Below the pieces are notes generated by a model. The model saw only the letters and a list, made by a program, of their open reading frames with translations. It was not told where the DNA came from and ran no database searches. A DNA stretch of 63,897 nt, filler included, from Octopus bimaculoides (lineage: Eukaryota), in assembly GCF_001194135.2 (NCBI RefSeq). It is 6 parts of 5 records of this genome, joined end to end, with 100 filler letters (N's around TTAATTAATTAA, not from the genome) between each part and the next. Parts side by side here need not be neighbours in the genome. Positions count along the whole stretch, not along the records: positions 1 to 31,125 come from NC_068999.1; 5 more parts are not named here. One strand, 5' to 3'. Made by a program: the position numbers and the translations under genes. The first letter of the stretch is position 1. The number at the start of each line of letters is the position of its first letter. Positions 12,901 to 26,028 of this stretch are shown in pieces.

Positions 12901-14704
12901 TTGGCGTTCTGCCAAAATTCAAAACAAATATTTTGGCACTATGTGTCGACGTTGAGTAAACAATTACGAAACGCATTGCATTGTTTTGTTACATTTTGTT
13001 ATATTGTCTGCTCGAATGCGGCCGTAAACGATAATCCTTTTCAACGTTCCAAGATAGATAAAGAAAATCTATATTTACATTGTTATGGTTAAATATTTTT
13101 AGGAAAAATAAATATATATTCTATATAAAATTGTATAATATAGTAAGATATATACACATCTACAAACAAATTTCTTGCCATAGAGTTCGAACCTTTTTCT
13201 TTTTCCTGTTACACAACAAAATTAAATGCTGCTTATTTTATCACACTGATAAAATAACAATATTTAAGAAAATATATCGATATTTTCTACAGTAAATGTA
13301 TTATACAGTGAGTTTTGAAAAAAAAATATGTATATTTAATTTGACTTACGACTTTTCTATGCTGTAGTTGTTGTCTGCTTTAAAGCCGCTATCTTCATAA
13401 TTTGTTTCTGAACCCATGCAGTTTTATTACATGTTTCTGAATTTCGTGTAAAAGGCAACCTTCTACAATTATCAGATATATAGTGTGCGCTTCCCTTGAG
13501 TGCCTGTACATTAACGGTTTATACATGAAAGCCGGATTTGTAGCCATTGTCTTTTATAATATTTTCCTTGCAGTTCACTACATACATATTGTTGAGTGAT
13601 CTTTGTTTTGATTAAACACATCACATGCACACACACGCACACACACGCACACGTACGCACACACGGATGCATATATGTGTGCCTGTGTGTGTGTGAACAT
13701 ATTTGCATATCTACCTGGCCATTAGTTTGTGTTTATGTACGTGTGCGTGTATGTTCGACTCTGTGTAGATATTGTTATGATACTTAGGATTTTGTCTGTC
13801 GGGAAAAAAGTTCAGGAGAGTGCTATCTGAATTTAAAATGAGTTTTTAAAAGCACTGAAATTAAATAACCCGTATATCATTTAGTCTATCACCAATCTTC
13901 TCTGTCGCAAGAATTTTCTCACATTGACATAAGTCCAAAGTAACGCAGATGTACGCTGTTCATTGAAACTATTTTCATTATTTAGGTGTAAATATTTTAT
14001 AAATCCTGTATGAGTGAATGAATGACGCATATATAAAGAAAGAAAATCGTCTACTATTTTACACCAAAAAATCATTCTGTCCATTGCACTATTAGTATGA
14101 ATAATGAGATTATGAAAAAGGCGCTTCTTAAAAACTTTGCTGAACGCCACATGTCAAGTATTTCAATGCAGTTTGTCAGTAGCTGTAATGATTCTGACAG
14201 TTAATATTATCAAATAATTTGCGTTTCACCTGTCAGCTTGGCATTAACAAATATGATATTTTGACACGACGAAATAGTTCAGTGGTTTGAAATAAATGAA
14301 AGGATTGGACAATATGCAGTCAGTTCTTTATCACAGAGCAATATCGCAGTTTGTAAATAAAAAGCGTAGGTTGAATAACGAACTGAGCATAAATTTTCTC
14401 AAAACCTAGCCTTAAAATTTGCTTGCACTCATTCCTATACTTGCCGAAAAAAAATGCCTCATCGCAAGCAGAAGTGCCGAAAGAATCATTTTCCCAGCAT
14501 TTGTATAAGCGGGTTTGTGTTCTAACATCATATAACACCGTACATATCTACGATACAAAATTATGTTTGATTAGTTAATAAATGCTGTCACAAGGTATTT
14601 CTAATGTACAGGTTATGATGGAGATCATTAATTTGCAGCTCTGTTACATATTGTGCTCATATATATACATACACACACATACGGACATATGTATAAGGAT
14701 GTGT

Positions 14705-16350
14705 TCTGATATATATACATAAAATTTAATTTCTATTTGTTTGTCCGTCAAAATGAAAGTAAAGACAGCAAATCTGTTTGAATTGTCTCAATCTGGTTCA
14801 GGTTCGAAACTTAATATTACAATTCTAGGGCATACGGCCAGATTTATTTATAACTTTTACATGTAACGCAAAATGACCTGAAACACAACAGGAACTCTTT
14901 CTTCATCAACGAGCAAGTGATAGACATGATCTCATTCCACAGGTGTTTCACTTAAAAGTTAAAAAAGTTGATGCACCTCTTTTTAATGTCATAAAGTTCG
15001 CTATTCCATGTATACAGTGCAATGGCAGAAAATAGGATAACCTCATTCCCATATTTTACTTTGGCTATGCATATAAAGTATCTCAAATGAAATTGATTCT
15101 ATAATTTAGGCCGACATTTCTGATCCTGCCATTGATCTGACACTCTATGTCATCTTGCTACTTCATTTGGTTCATGGCCCTTGTGGTGCTCAACATCCTA
15201 GTCATCATGCATAAAAGAAAGCAAATGCACAAAAAATATCGAAGGAATCTTATTTATCACACTGAATTTGGCAACGATGGTTATCTTACTTATAGAAGAA
15301 GGAAAGCAGAAGATAGAGGAGAGCCAGCCAAATTTGGAACTGGGTAAACATTTGTACTGAAATTCCTCCGGGCTAAAGTTCACCAAGAAAATAAAATAAG
15401 TGTAGCTACTGCTACTGCTGAGATGGTAGCAACATAACTAACCGGAGGTTGGACTGCCTATTCAACATTCAAGTTACCTTTAGATTTATCTAACAAAGAA
15501 AATCATGTTTGTAATATATCTAAAAATGTTGGAATGGGTGAACTAATACAAAACTGCTACTTTATTGTCTCGGACGAATGTAACATGGTTCACAAAAAGC
15601 TTTTGGAGTTGTGTACAGGACATTATGAGGCATTAATTCATGAAAGGAAATGCCACACTATTATTGTCAGGAGACTTCCGACAAACACTGCCAGTTGCTC
15701 AAAGAAGCATAAATTGGATAAGGTCAAAGCTTCAGTAAAGTATGTTGTGTTATGGCACCCTATGAAAACACTTCACCTTTCGACAAATATGTGATAGAGG
15801 CTTTCAAGAGATCAATCAGCTGAACTATTTGCAGAGCAGTTTTGGAAATTCGTTGAAGGGAGAGTTGAAATTGATGGAGACCACTTTCTTACGCTGAATC
15901 CAATATGAAATTCAGCTAATTCCGTCGATGATTTGGCGGCTAAAATCTTTCCAAATCTTCTTCATAATTACAATAATACAGATTGGAGTAATCTATCCTG
16001 GCTCCAAAGAAATGTTGCTGTAAATAGCATTAATAATATGCTATTGAATAAAGTTCCGGGAGAAGTATTCACATATAACACAATTGACAGTGCTGTTGAT
16101 GATCAGTGTTAACTACCACATCGCATTTTTCAACTCACTAGAGCCACACGCTCCTTGTTGTCTTCATGTTGAAAAAGGGACACCTATTACGCTATTTGAA
16201 GTTGTGTACAGAACATTATGTGGCATGAGATACTGTTAATCCATGATGGGAAATGTCACAATATGATTGTCAGAAGTCTTCCGACAAACAACTACCAGTT
16301 GTTCGAAGAGGAACAAAAGTGGATGAGGTCAATGCTTCAGTAACATATGT
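14705..16350 (+). mobile_element. Internally deleted, decayed Helitron (Rep HUH + PIF1 helicase remnants)
   Basis: Manual translation gives PDLFITFTCNAK*PE (~14838), QWQKIG*PHSHILLWL (HUH motif), VHGPCG, DGYLTYRRR, GTG*TF, GGWTAYSTFKLPL, IVSDECNMVHK, SGDFRQTLPV, LHLSTNM, KVPGEVFTY; possible 5' terminus TCTGATATATATACATAAAA at 14705; stops and frameshifts throughout. Confidence 0.9.
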
Positions 16351-16379
16351 ATACAGAGTGTTTGGACAAAATAATGGAA

Positions 16380-16725
16380 ACAATTTAGAATTTAATAAGA
16401 AACTCTCTAAGATGGTCAAGAAGTAACCGAGACAGGGCACGACTCTTAGACGATCACAGGTGGGCGAGGCGATGAATGCATTCGCCATCTCTACTCGAAT
16501 TTTCAGGGACATTTCTGGGTAAAACTGGCAAAACTGTTAGTCATCTCGTCTCAGACCTAACCTACCTGCAGGTTGGCATCGAATTGCACCTTAAGCAATT
16601 TTAATGGCCCTTTAGTCCAGCGTCCAAGAACGCCGTCTAACGGCAGCCACCTCCCTCTCCAGGTGCCCAGCCGGAAGCCCATCTAATTGTCGGCGTTAAT
16701 AATGATGAAGATGAGGAAGATGAGG
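16380..16725 (+). mobile_element. Possible 3' fragment of an RTE-clade LINE
   Basis: Frame reading IRNSLRWSRSNRDRARLLDDHRWARR resembles the RTE LRWAGH..R..D.RW motif; ends in a GAT/GAA-rich tail. Confidence 0.4.
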
Positions 16726-18789
16726 AGAAGGGGGGTGAGACATATACTTGAGATTCAGTCATTTAGAATATATCTAGTTTAATCGCAGTACATAGAAGAC
16801 ACTAAACAATAAATGTTAATATTAACAATCGTTCACTCTCATAACTCTCGCATATAGTCCGATTGCTGTCGGTAATTTTATTCAATCATTAGTACAGAAA
16901 GCAAGAGAATCAATAGGTAAATAACCTGAAATCTAAACCTTGATTTAGATTTAAGAGTTTAGACTGGCGTTCACCACGGCATAAGATATGAATATATTGA
17001 GAGTAGTGTGAATAATTTTGTTTAAAATTCATTCCGCTCTCGTAGCAATATATTTGCCACTAATATCTGTCCGTTCCATACTTCAATGTGCATAATAATA
17101 AATGACGACCTGGTCTAATTTATACTACACTGAAAAGCTCAAGTGTTTTCAATACTGTCTTTCTTGAGAATAAACCCAGCCGAGTGTAATAACGATCCAT
17201 AACGTAATTTCAAATTTTACTAGACATTTTACATATTTACATTTAAATGTAATGAAATTTTTACAGTGGGAGTTTGCTTTTTTTCTCTCACTTTTGGACA
17301 AATACGTTTAAAATGCAATTTAGAATATGATAGAAGTCTGCGTGAATATGACACAGCAGAAAATGAAACTAGTTGTGTAGCATGATTTTGTTTCTTGGAA
17401 ATAAAGCGAAAATACTAGCACATACCCAGCAAGATATAACGGTCAGCAATATTTCAATACGTAATTTAAATACTAACATTAGGAAAATGGTAGCGAATGC
17501 TGAATATGCTCACATTGGTATTCGATTGGTGCATGTAGTTTTTAACTCTAGAATAATGAAATGCAAACTTAGATGGAAGCACGATTTGAAAGCAGTTTCA
17601 ATAATTGGACTCAAATACCGAACGCTTTCCACTTCTTGCTAGTGCAGATCCTTTTGGGAAATAGACTAAATACTGAAATATTCTGTGTATTTAATATTTT
17701 CTCTACTTCAATGTTGAACGTAGTATGTAATATAATATGTTGGAAACCTATTAAAGTTCAACAATATATGAATTCACGGCAACAAATAAAGCTAGTCCTC
17801 TCCACAACCATCACTGACATTGATGCCACCTATTTTCTCAGCATCGAAGTGAAAGACTTTTCAAAAAATGATGCTGTTGCTTCGGATAACAATGATGATT
17901 ACGATGATTTTGATACTGACATTGATACTGATCGCCATGATGATCATGATTATGGTGGCGACGGCAATTATGATGATACTGGCAAGAGTAATTCATACGG
18001 AGGAGATAAAAGTGGTAGTTATTAACGAATTCATTAAGCGAAATCTGAACACACAATTGAATGGCAAAAATTGTTTTGCCAAAGTTATTTCGCAGAGGAC
18101 AGGTAATTATTCAAATAAAGAACTACAGTGTAAGATTAATTTTAAAGTAAGATATAGAGGAACAATAAAAGGAACATAATTTCCAAAATGTCATGTGTCA
18201 TTGAGAGCATTCTGCTATAAGAAATTATTACTAAACTGTATGCGCACAAATCATTTACTCTGGCTTAATACAACATATTTAAATAATGAAATCTTAGCGT
18301 CTACGTTTATATAAGCTTCCGAATAGATTACGCTTTATTATATCAGCAAATTACTTTAATTCAAATTTTGAGAACGAATTCTGAATAGTATTTCAATTCT
18401 GGGAATATCAGAAAATCAAATCTTATTTATTTCACAAGAGGTTTTATGATGAAAAGGAGTGAGGTGAAGTCAACCAACTCCACCATTGAAGCATTCTATC
18501 AAACCTTCCATACTGTTACAGTATTATGGAATATTAATCAATTTTCGCAGCTATATTATATACATATAGAAGTGGGAAGTTGTCATGTACGAACGCACTT
18601 ATTGTAGGGTTCGAAATGCATTTCAAATTTTTGAAATTATCATATAGATTCATATTTCTGAAATATTCACAAATCATAACATTTTCGTTTACACGCAGAC
18701 ATACGCATGCCTTGTTGCACACATATCTACATATACACAAGCCCTCATATACAGAAAAATATACATACAAATTAACACCGCATGTACTG

Positions 18790-20291
18790 ACATTTGTAGA
18801 AGAAGACAACTACATGGCAAACACAAGAACAACTGCATCACAAAGAACAATAGATTACCCAGATTCTATCACCTCATTAAAACACACAAGGATAGCAACA
18901 GGATCCAAATTAAACCCATCGTCTCCATTGTTGAAGGAAATCTATATAAAATATCATTCTCTTTCCATGATTACACATACGAACAAACAAAAGACCTCCC
19001 TATGGGATCCAGTCTCTCAGGCCTATTAGCCATCACCTCTGTGAACCATATGTAACATCGAGCACGCCATAGATGCCGCTGATGCACCTTCTTCATCAGG
19101 TACGTAGATGACATTCTCATACTCACACCTTCCAATGAATAGGCAGGCAGAATATTTACAACGTTCAACAACAAGAGCATGGATATACGGTTCACTATAG
19201 AAAATCCCGACAAAAATGAATCCCTATCGCTGCTCGACTTCCAAATGAAAATAACGGAAGACCACACCGAGTTCTAAAGGAAAGCAACCAGTAGAGATAT
19301 GTTTTATTCACTAAAATTCAACCCTTCCACTCGGTGCCAAATTATGATACACCAGAAATGAACTTACACGCATCTAGAGGAAGTGCAGCAGAAGAGAAGA
19401 CAAGGCTACCCACACTACACGTTTCCTACAGGTATTGAAAACTAGCAGGTACTCCATTACCATTGTAAAACGGCTGAAGTACCCAAGACGACAACCACGT
19501 CCAACACACAGAAAACCCAGCAACAAATGCTTCCTAAAAATATCCCATTTTAGACAGGAGATAACTACAGCCATCTGAAGAGCCATAAAAAGAGGTGGAT
19601 TAGATATACAACTAGTCCACACCGACCCTCTCTGAAAAGACACCAAGCAAAGAAATGAGCAAGGGATAGCAATCAATGCACACTAAATAACTACTCTATC
19701 CGTGACACAATTTTATGCCAACGATAAATGCTGTGTATAGAATACAATGTAACAAATGCAAAAAGTTCTATGTGGGTAGCGAAACAAGACCGTTACACAT
19801 TCGCATCATGATCATCTAAACACGCGAGCTTCTCCTTCAGAAAACATCTAGACAGATGCCTGAACAATGATGAGAGTATAACAATCACAACTGAGCTCAA
19901 CGACAGAAAACTGGGAAATTTAAGAATTACGGCAGCTATCCTCATAGACAGACAGGGACCCAAATTAACAACAGGCTGGAAATTAGCAAACGGTATATTA
20001 TTTGGAGGCTTGTGAGTTCATTTCTGGTAACATGGTCATATATTGTTAAAAAAAAAAACAAAAAAAAACTGCACGTATAGTATATAACTTAGATGCAGCG
20101 CAGCGGATATGAAAACGCTCACGAGCTTGAGACCATAGCCGCCCTCACGATCGTGTCATGAGGAATTCCGGAATGAGCTTCGTGAGACCACTACAGTGAA
20201 GCTTCCGGGAAAAGCGAAATCGGTAAACGTTCGAAAACCGATTACAGGAGTGACTCGGTCAATTGCTAGCGATAGCTGAAGACGGAATTTT
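18790..20291 (+). mobile_element. Penelope-like retroelement remnant (RT + GIY-YIG), possibly Naiad-type
   Basis: One frame from 18825: LPRFYHLIKTHK..IKPIVS, YEQTKDLPMGSSLSG, IRYVDDILIL (YVDD 19101-19112), FTIENPDKNESLSLLDF; then NAVYRIQCNKCKKFYVGSETRPLHIR (19727-19804); multiple stops and frameshifts; 3' end runs into a gap. Confidence 0.92.
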
Positions 20292-20643
20292 NNNNNNNNN
20301 NNNNNNNNNNNNNNNNNNNNNNNNNNNNNNNNNNNNNNNNNNNNNNNNNNNNNNNNNNNNNNNNNNNNNNNNNNNNNNNNNNNNNNNNNNNNNNNNNNNN
20401 NNNNNNNNNNNNNNNNNNNNNNNNNNNNNNNNNNNNNNNNNNNNNNNNNNNNNNNNNNNNNNNNNNNNNNNNNNNNNNNNNNNNNNNNNNNNNNNNNNNN
20501 NNNNNNNNNNNNNNNNNNNNNNNNNNNNNNNNNNNNNNNNNNNNNNNNNNNNNNNNNNNNNNNNNNNNNNNNNNNNNNNNNNNNNNNNNNNNNNNNNNNN
20601 NNNNNNNNNNNNNNNNNNNNNNNNNNNNNNNNNNNNNNNNNNN

Positions 20644-20695
<52 letters not shown>

Positions 20696-22254
20696 TTAGA
20701 GCAACGTAGTGTCACGGAATGATGAAAAACAGGACGAACTTTCGGTTAGTTAAAATATTTGTGATATATTTTAACTTATAAAAGCAGAGTCACTGCAGTT
20801 CCCGTGGGGAATTTTTCTCTTATATGGTAAAGAGATTTTGTCTGGAGCCTATATAACGAAATCATTTTTTGAATTTCATAAGGCATTTTATATGATTTAT
20901 ATAATTCGAAAGTCAATATTGTGTTTCGTGATGTCTCATATACGCCAAAAATCTTCCATTTTATGCAGAATAGATTCTCGATTCTCCAATGTCCCGGAGA
21001 AATAGAGGTGTAGATAGAGAAATTCTGATTGTATAATTTTCATTCAGATTTATACTTTTTAGCATACCGTCACGTTGTTTATGCTCGGTAACATTACTTT
21101 CTTCAGTTCACTGGAGTCGAGCTGTCTCATAGATACATGCTAACGATGTGAACATAAGTATTTTTAACTGTAAATGTAGATTACCTTGTTTACTTGATTT
21201 TAATTTTTGCGTTCAGGGTACTCTGCAGAAGCTTAGGATAATAAATTATGCCAATATTAGGACTACAACTGTGAGGAATAGCGAAGTATAGCAAACTGAA
21301 GTCTGAAAACTATTTTCCTCTGCTAGATGTAATATTAAAGTTTTAAAATGCCTGCAAACGTTCGAACAATTTTTATTTTTCATTGTTAAATTATGAGAGT
21401 AGGTTAGTCTTATAAACGCTTCGGTCTTTGTATCAACTAATTTCCAATGTTTAGCGTACCAAGTTTCGCAAGATATCCACCAGCTGTATGTCAATTTAGA
21501 GATTTAGCTACTGTTATTATCGATAAGATGCTTGAAATGTATGTTTTTTTTTCTCAGCAGTACATATTGAACTAGGGAATCCTTTATTCCGTATTCTATC
21601 AAGTGTATATTTATCTTAGCTTAACTTAAAACTGTGAAGTGAGAGAACGTTGTTCCTAAATCAAGTTGTAACTGTTGCCAAGCCAAATGCTTTAATAATA
21701 TTCTTTGTCAGATTATTTAAAGCATTGCCGTTTTCGTGCTACCGCATGGCCTATCGGTCATCTCTGTATAGTCCTATAACTGAGGCGGGTTAATTCTACT
21801 TAGGTGACAATATTATACAGATGTATGAGATAACGTGTGTTTTAACGACCGAAGATTCACAGCCGATATCAAGTGATCTAGAAAAAAATTCGTTTCTTTT
21901 ATCGTGTTTTCATTTTAAACAGAGACAAGTATGTTCTCAGAACGCGGAAATTTCTTCGGGTGCGTAAAATTACACATATCGATTCTTCAAGTCGAATGAT
22001 AATGTCCGAAACAATCAAGGTGAGTAAAAATTTAATTTGATACTATAAGCAGATTTAATGAAATTACTCCTATATTTTCTTTGTGGGAGATTAGCGAGAC
22101 AGAGATAGAGATACCGAAGTAGCTACAAATACGTTCCCTAACAATTTTCTTATTTGCACAAGTTCCTTGTAGCCTAGCATTCATAGTAAAATATATACAT
22201 AAACATACATTCATACGTATACACACATACACACACACATATATATATATAAAT

Positions 22255-22313
<59 letters not shown>

Positions 22314-24103
22314 NNNNNNNNNNNNNNNNNNNNNNNNNNNNNNNNNNNNNNNNNNNNNNNNNNNNNNNNNNNNNNNNNNNNNNNNNNNNNNNNNNNNNNN
22401 NNNNNNNNNNNNNNNNNNNNNNNNNNNNNNNNNNNNNNNNNNNNNNNNNNNNNNNNNNNNNNNNNNNNNNNNNNNNNTATATGTATGCATGTATGTATGC
22501 ATGTATCTATGTATATGTATACATTTATATGTTTGTGCGCGCGTGCTAGTGTGTGTGCGTGTGTGTGTGTGCGTGTGTGTGTATGCGTGTGTGTTTGTGC
22601 GTGCGATTTTACTGTTTATATAAGGTCTGGTACTGAAATCTGAGATATCCGAAAACACTGGAAACATCAAGAAATCGAAGACGTTCAATTTATACGTCAA
22701 GATTCTTTACGAGGAATACTTAAATCACTGAAATGACTCGTAAGGCTGAAAGGCAAAGACTACCTCGAAGGAATTTGTTTCAAAAATTAGAATGCCAATT
22801 GTTTTTAATTTCAGTAGTAGACATTCAGGGCCTGTTAATATGAAAATGAATATTCTGTATTATTCCTTTTCTTGTCTTTTATTTTTTATTTTTTTTTTGG
22901 CTTTAGCAGTCCCGTGGAAAGCTAAGGCGATTAGCGCACAACACTACATAGCTAATTATCTGAGGAAATGAAATCCCGATCGTTGCCTACATACAGACCA
23001 TTGCCCATATATTGAACCCATCTGCTTGGTTGCGAAATGAGTGAACGATTAAAAGCTTTGCTTTAAAGTATAGTCCGCTATAGAGAAAACAGTAAGAGCG
23101 CTTTCTTGAAATTGCCTTATATTTCTTAGAAAAATTGTTGTTGCAGTGTGGGACTTCTCAGATTGACAGTTTTTCACATATGGACGTCATGTTGTTGACT
23201 CTCTTCTAATGGACATGTAAGACATGTAGCTCGACGTTCAGTTGGACATGTAGCATGACGTTTCAGGTTACATAAGACATACCGTAGTGAATTCCAAATA
23301 CAGTTTGGGCCACTTACATGGAAACTAACTTTCTCTAATTTTTTCAGTAATTCCACCAATGATCAGTGAACGATGGGATTGAGATGAAAAGAAGCTCTAT
23401 TATAATGCATTGAGCATTTTAGTTTGTTTGTTTGTTTGTTTGTTTTCGAGCGAAACGTGACTGTTATTCATCTTTATTTATTTTTTCCGTTGGAATATTC
23501 CATGATACTGCTGCCTTCTTTCCTCCTTTGTTTAGCCATTTTTTACTTCATCTGTAAAAGGGAACAGAGTAGACAAATAGGTTCACTGCTAATTTGTGTT
23601 CGGCGTTACATTTGAAACTGCAAGATAATTTCATCTACAACTGTTCAAGTTGTATCATACTTGTTTTTAATGACGTGACTACTGAATGCTTCAGTTTGTA
23701 CTTCATGTGTGCTCACATTGCTTCATTTAATGCTTCCTTAAATGGAGATTAATTTAAATTCGATTTCAATTCAGTACCATTAACGCTCCTAAATTGAATC
23801 TTTTTGCATTCTATACTTTTCTGATTCTCATTGCCTTTTCATTGAAAGCAAAAGTTAGTGGGTGGAAGACAGTTTTAAGAACGCAATATAACTTCTCATA
23901 ACTTGTTTTATTTTTTGGAATGTTCAGAAAGGTTGTATTCTTTCCATGGGAATTCATATGACTTTAAAGATTAAAAAAAAAAATCATCGTGTGATTTAAG
24001 GGTTGTTTAGTTGATATTTTTAGCACATCTCATGACCACCTTATACCGACCTGAATAATTTGTCACTGTGACACATTGATGTTTTCTATATCTTTCTCCC
24101 CAA

Positions 24104-24320
24104 GGCGGCGAGCTGCCAAAAACGTTAGCACGCCGGGCGAAATGTTTGGTGGTATTTCGTCTGTCTTTACGTTCTGAGTTCAAATTCCACCGAGGTCGAC
24201 TTTGCCGTTGATCATCTCGTGGTCGATAAATTAACTACCGGTTGCGTATTCGGGTCGATCTAATCGATTTGACGCCCTCCCCAAAACCTCGGGCGTTGTG
24301 CCTAGAGTAGAAAAGATTAT
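24104..24320 (+). mobile_element. SINE family B, full length, tail type a
   Basis: Head GGCGGCGAGCTGCCAAAAACGTTAGC, B box GAGTTCAAATTCC, core GAGGTCGACTTTGCC..GGTCGATAAATTAA, tail CCCTCCCCAAAACCTCGGGCGTTGTGCCTAGAGTAGAA. Confidence 0.9.
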
Positions 24321-24332
24321 TATCATAGTTAA

Positions 24333-24440
24333 GGCAGCGAGCTGCCAAAATGGTTAGCACGCTGGACAAAATGATTAGTGGTATTTCGTCTGCCCCTCAC
24401 CAAACATTTCGGACCTTGTACCTAGAGAATAGCAAAGAAT
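24333..24440 (+). mobile_element. SINE family B, internally deleted tandem copy
   Basis: Same head joined directly to the tail (CCAAACATTTCGGACCTTGTACCTAGAG); central core missing. Confidence 0.8.
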
Positions 24441-24935
24441 ATCTTTCTCTCAACAAACGCATTTAAAGTTCTATTGTTCTGATTTAAGCAAAAACTGCAG
24501 ACTGTTCGTATTTCAAACTATGATTAAAAAACAAATTAGAAAAACTAGAAAACAACAAATTATAAAAAAATCGAAAAAATTATTGTTTTTTTTGTTTGTT
24601 TTTTTTCATCGTCGTATGAACACGACTTCACAAAAATATTTCGAAAATGTATACATTTAGAGTAATTCCAAAGCTAAATCTCTCGGGAAGGTTGGGGAAT
24701 TGTATTGTAACGTATGTACATCAATACAATTTTATCCTGAATCTTTTTAGGTGGAATGATGAGCCTGTTCTGTAATTTGACTTTAACTCCTTGCATTAGC
24801 AACTAATTTTCCCTAGTCGATTCCTTTCATGTGATCTCTCACTGGTTTCCGTTCGTTCTTGGGTGACATATGTGGCTTATACGCGGTATTTTGATATCAT
24901 CACAGCTATACATATCGTTATGCGTACGTGTGTGT

Positions 24936-24980
<45 letters not shown>

Positions 24981-25536
24981 TGTTTCTGTGTATGAGAGTA
25001 TGTATGTGTATATATTAAAACAAGTGGAGGGTAGAAGGCTGTGAGATTATCAGAGGGGAATGATAATAGAATTAGTAGATAAGCCTTGCAATATTTAGAG
25101 CATAGCCTTCTGCACGTTACGTGAAATCTTTTTTTTTTTCCCAAAAATAACTGATTTTATTTAACGATAGCAGTAAGTACGAGCCTTGAACACAGGAATG
25201 CTTCGATCGGATGAGATCTTCATCATAAACGGAGTTTTATGATGGCTACNNNNNNNNNNNNNNNNNNNNNNNNNNNNNNNNNNNNNNNNNNNNNNNNNNN
25301 NNNNNNNNNNNNNNNNNNNNNNNNNNNNNNNNNNNNNNNNNNNNNNNNNNNNNNNNNNNNNNNNNNNNNNNNNNNNNNNNNNNNNNNNNNNNNNNNNNNN
25401 NNNNNNNNNNNNNNNNNNNNNNNNNNNNNNNNNNNNNNNNNNNNNNNNNNNNNNNNNNNNNNNNNNNNNNNNNNNNNNNNNNNNNNNNNNNNNNNNNNNN
25501 NNNNNNNNNNNNNNNNNNNNNNNNNNNNNNNNNNNN

Positions 25537-25571
<35 letters not shown>

Positions 25572-25575
<4 letters not shown>

Positions 25576-25975
25576 CGTAGGAGTGGCTGTGTGGTAAGTA
25601 GCTTGCTTACCAACCACATGGTTCCGGGTTCATTCCCACTGTGTGGCAACTTGGGCAAGTGTTTTCTACTCTAGCCTCGTGCCGACCAAAGCCCTGTGAG
25701 TGGATTCGGCAGACGGAAACTGAAGGAAGTCAGTCGTATATATGTATATATGTATGTGTGCGTGTGTATGTTTGTGTCTCTGTGTTTGTCCCCCCAACAT
25801 CGCTTGACAACCGATGGAGGTGTGTTTACGTCCCTGTAACCCAGTGGTTCGATAAAAGAGACAGAAATAATATGTACTAGGCTTACAAAGAATAAGCCCT
25901 GGGGTCGATTTGCTCGACTAAAGGTGGTGGTCCAGCATGGCCGCAGTTAAATGACCAAAACAAGTAATAGAATAA
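25572..25975 (+). mobile_element. SINE family A (tRNA head, internal microsatellite, ~400 bp), full length
   Basis: A box TGGCTGTGTGG, B box GGTTCATTCCC, CTTGGGCAAGTG motif, (TG)n spacer, tail CCAGCATGGCCGCAG..AAACAAGTAA; colinear with the reverse complement of 39531-39905. Confidence 0.92.
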
Positions 25976-25993
25976 ATGTATAAAGAATATATG

Positions 25994-26028
<35 letters not shown>

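Noticed and set aside
13881-14538. Two minus-strand ORFs of 72 and 89 aa
   Set aside because: No recognisable motif or consistent frame; possibly a decayed transposon but unsupported
17573-18025. 150-aa ORF with an acidic tail
   Set aside because: The C-terminal half is a decayed (GAT)n tract; no domain or splice support
20155-20215. Possible SECIS element (ATGA..AA) in the PLE 3' region
   Set aside because: Helix II does not pair properly and the 3' GA of the quartet is not in register; the ORF has TAA/TAG stops as well as TGA, so selenocysteine readthrough is unsupported
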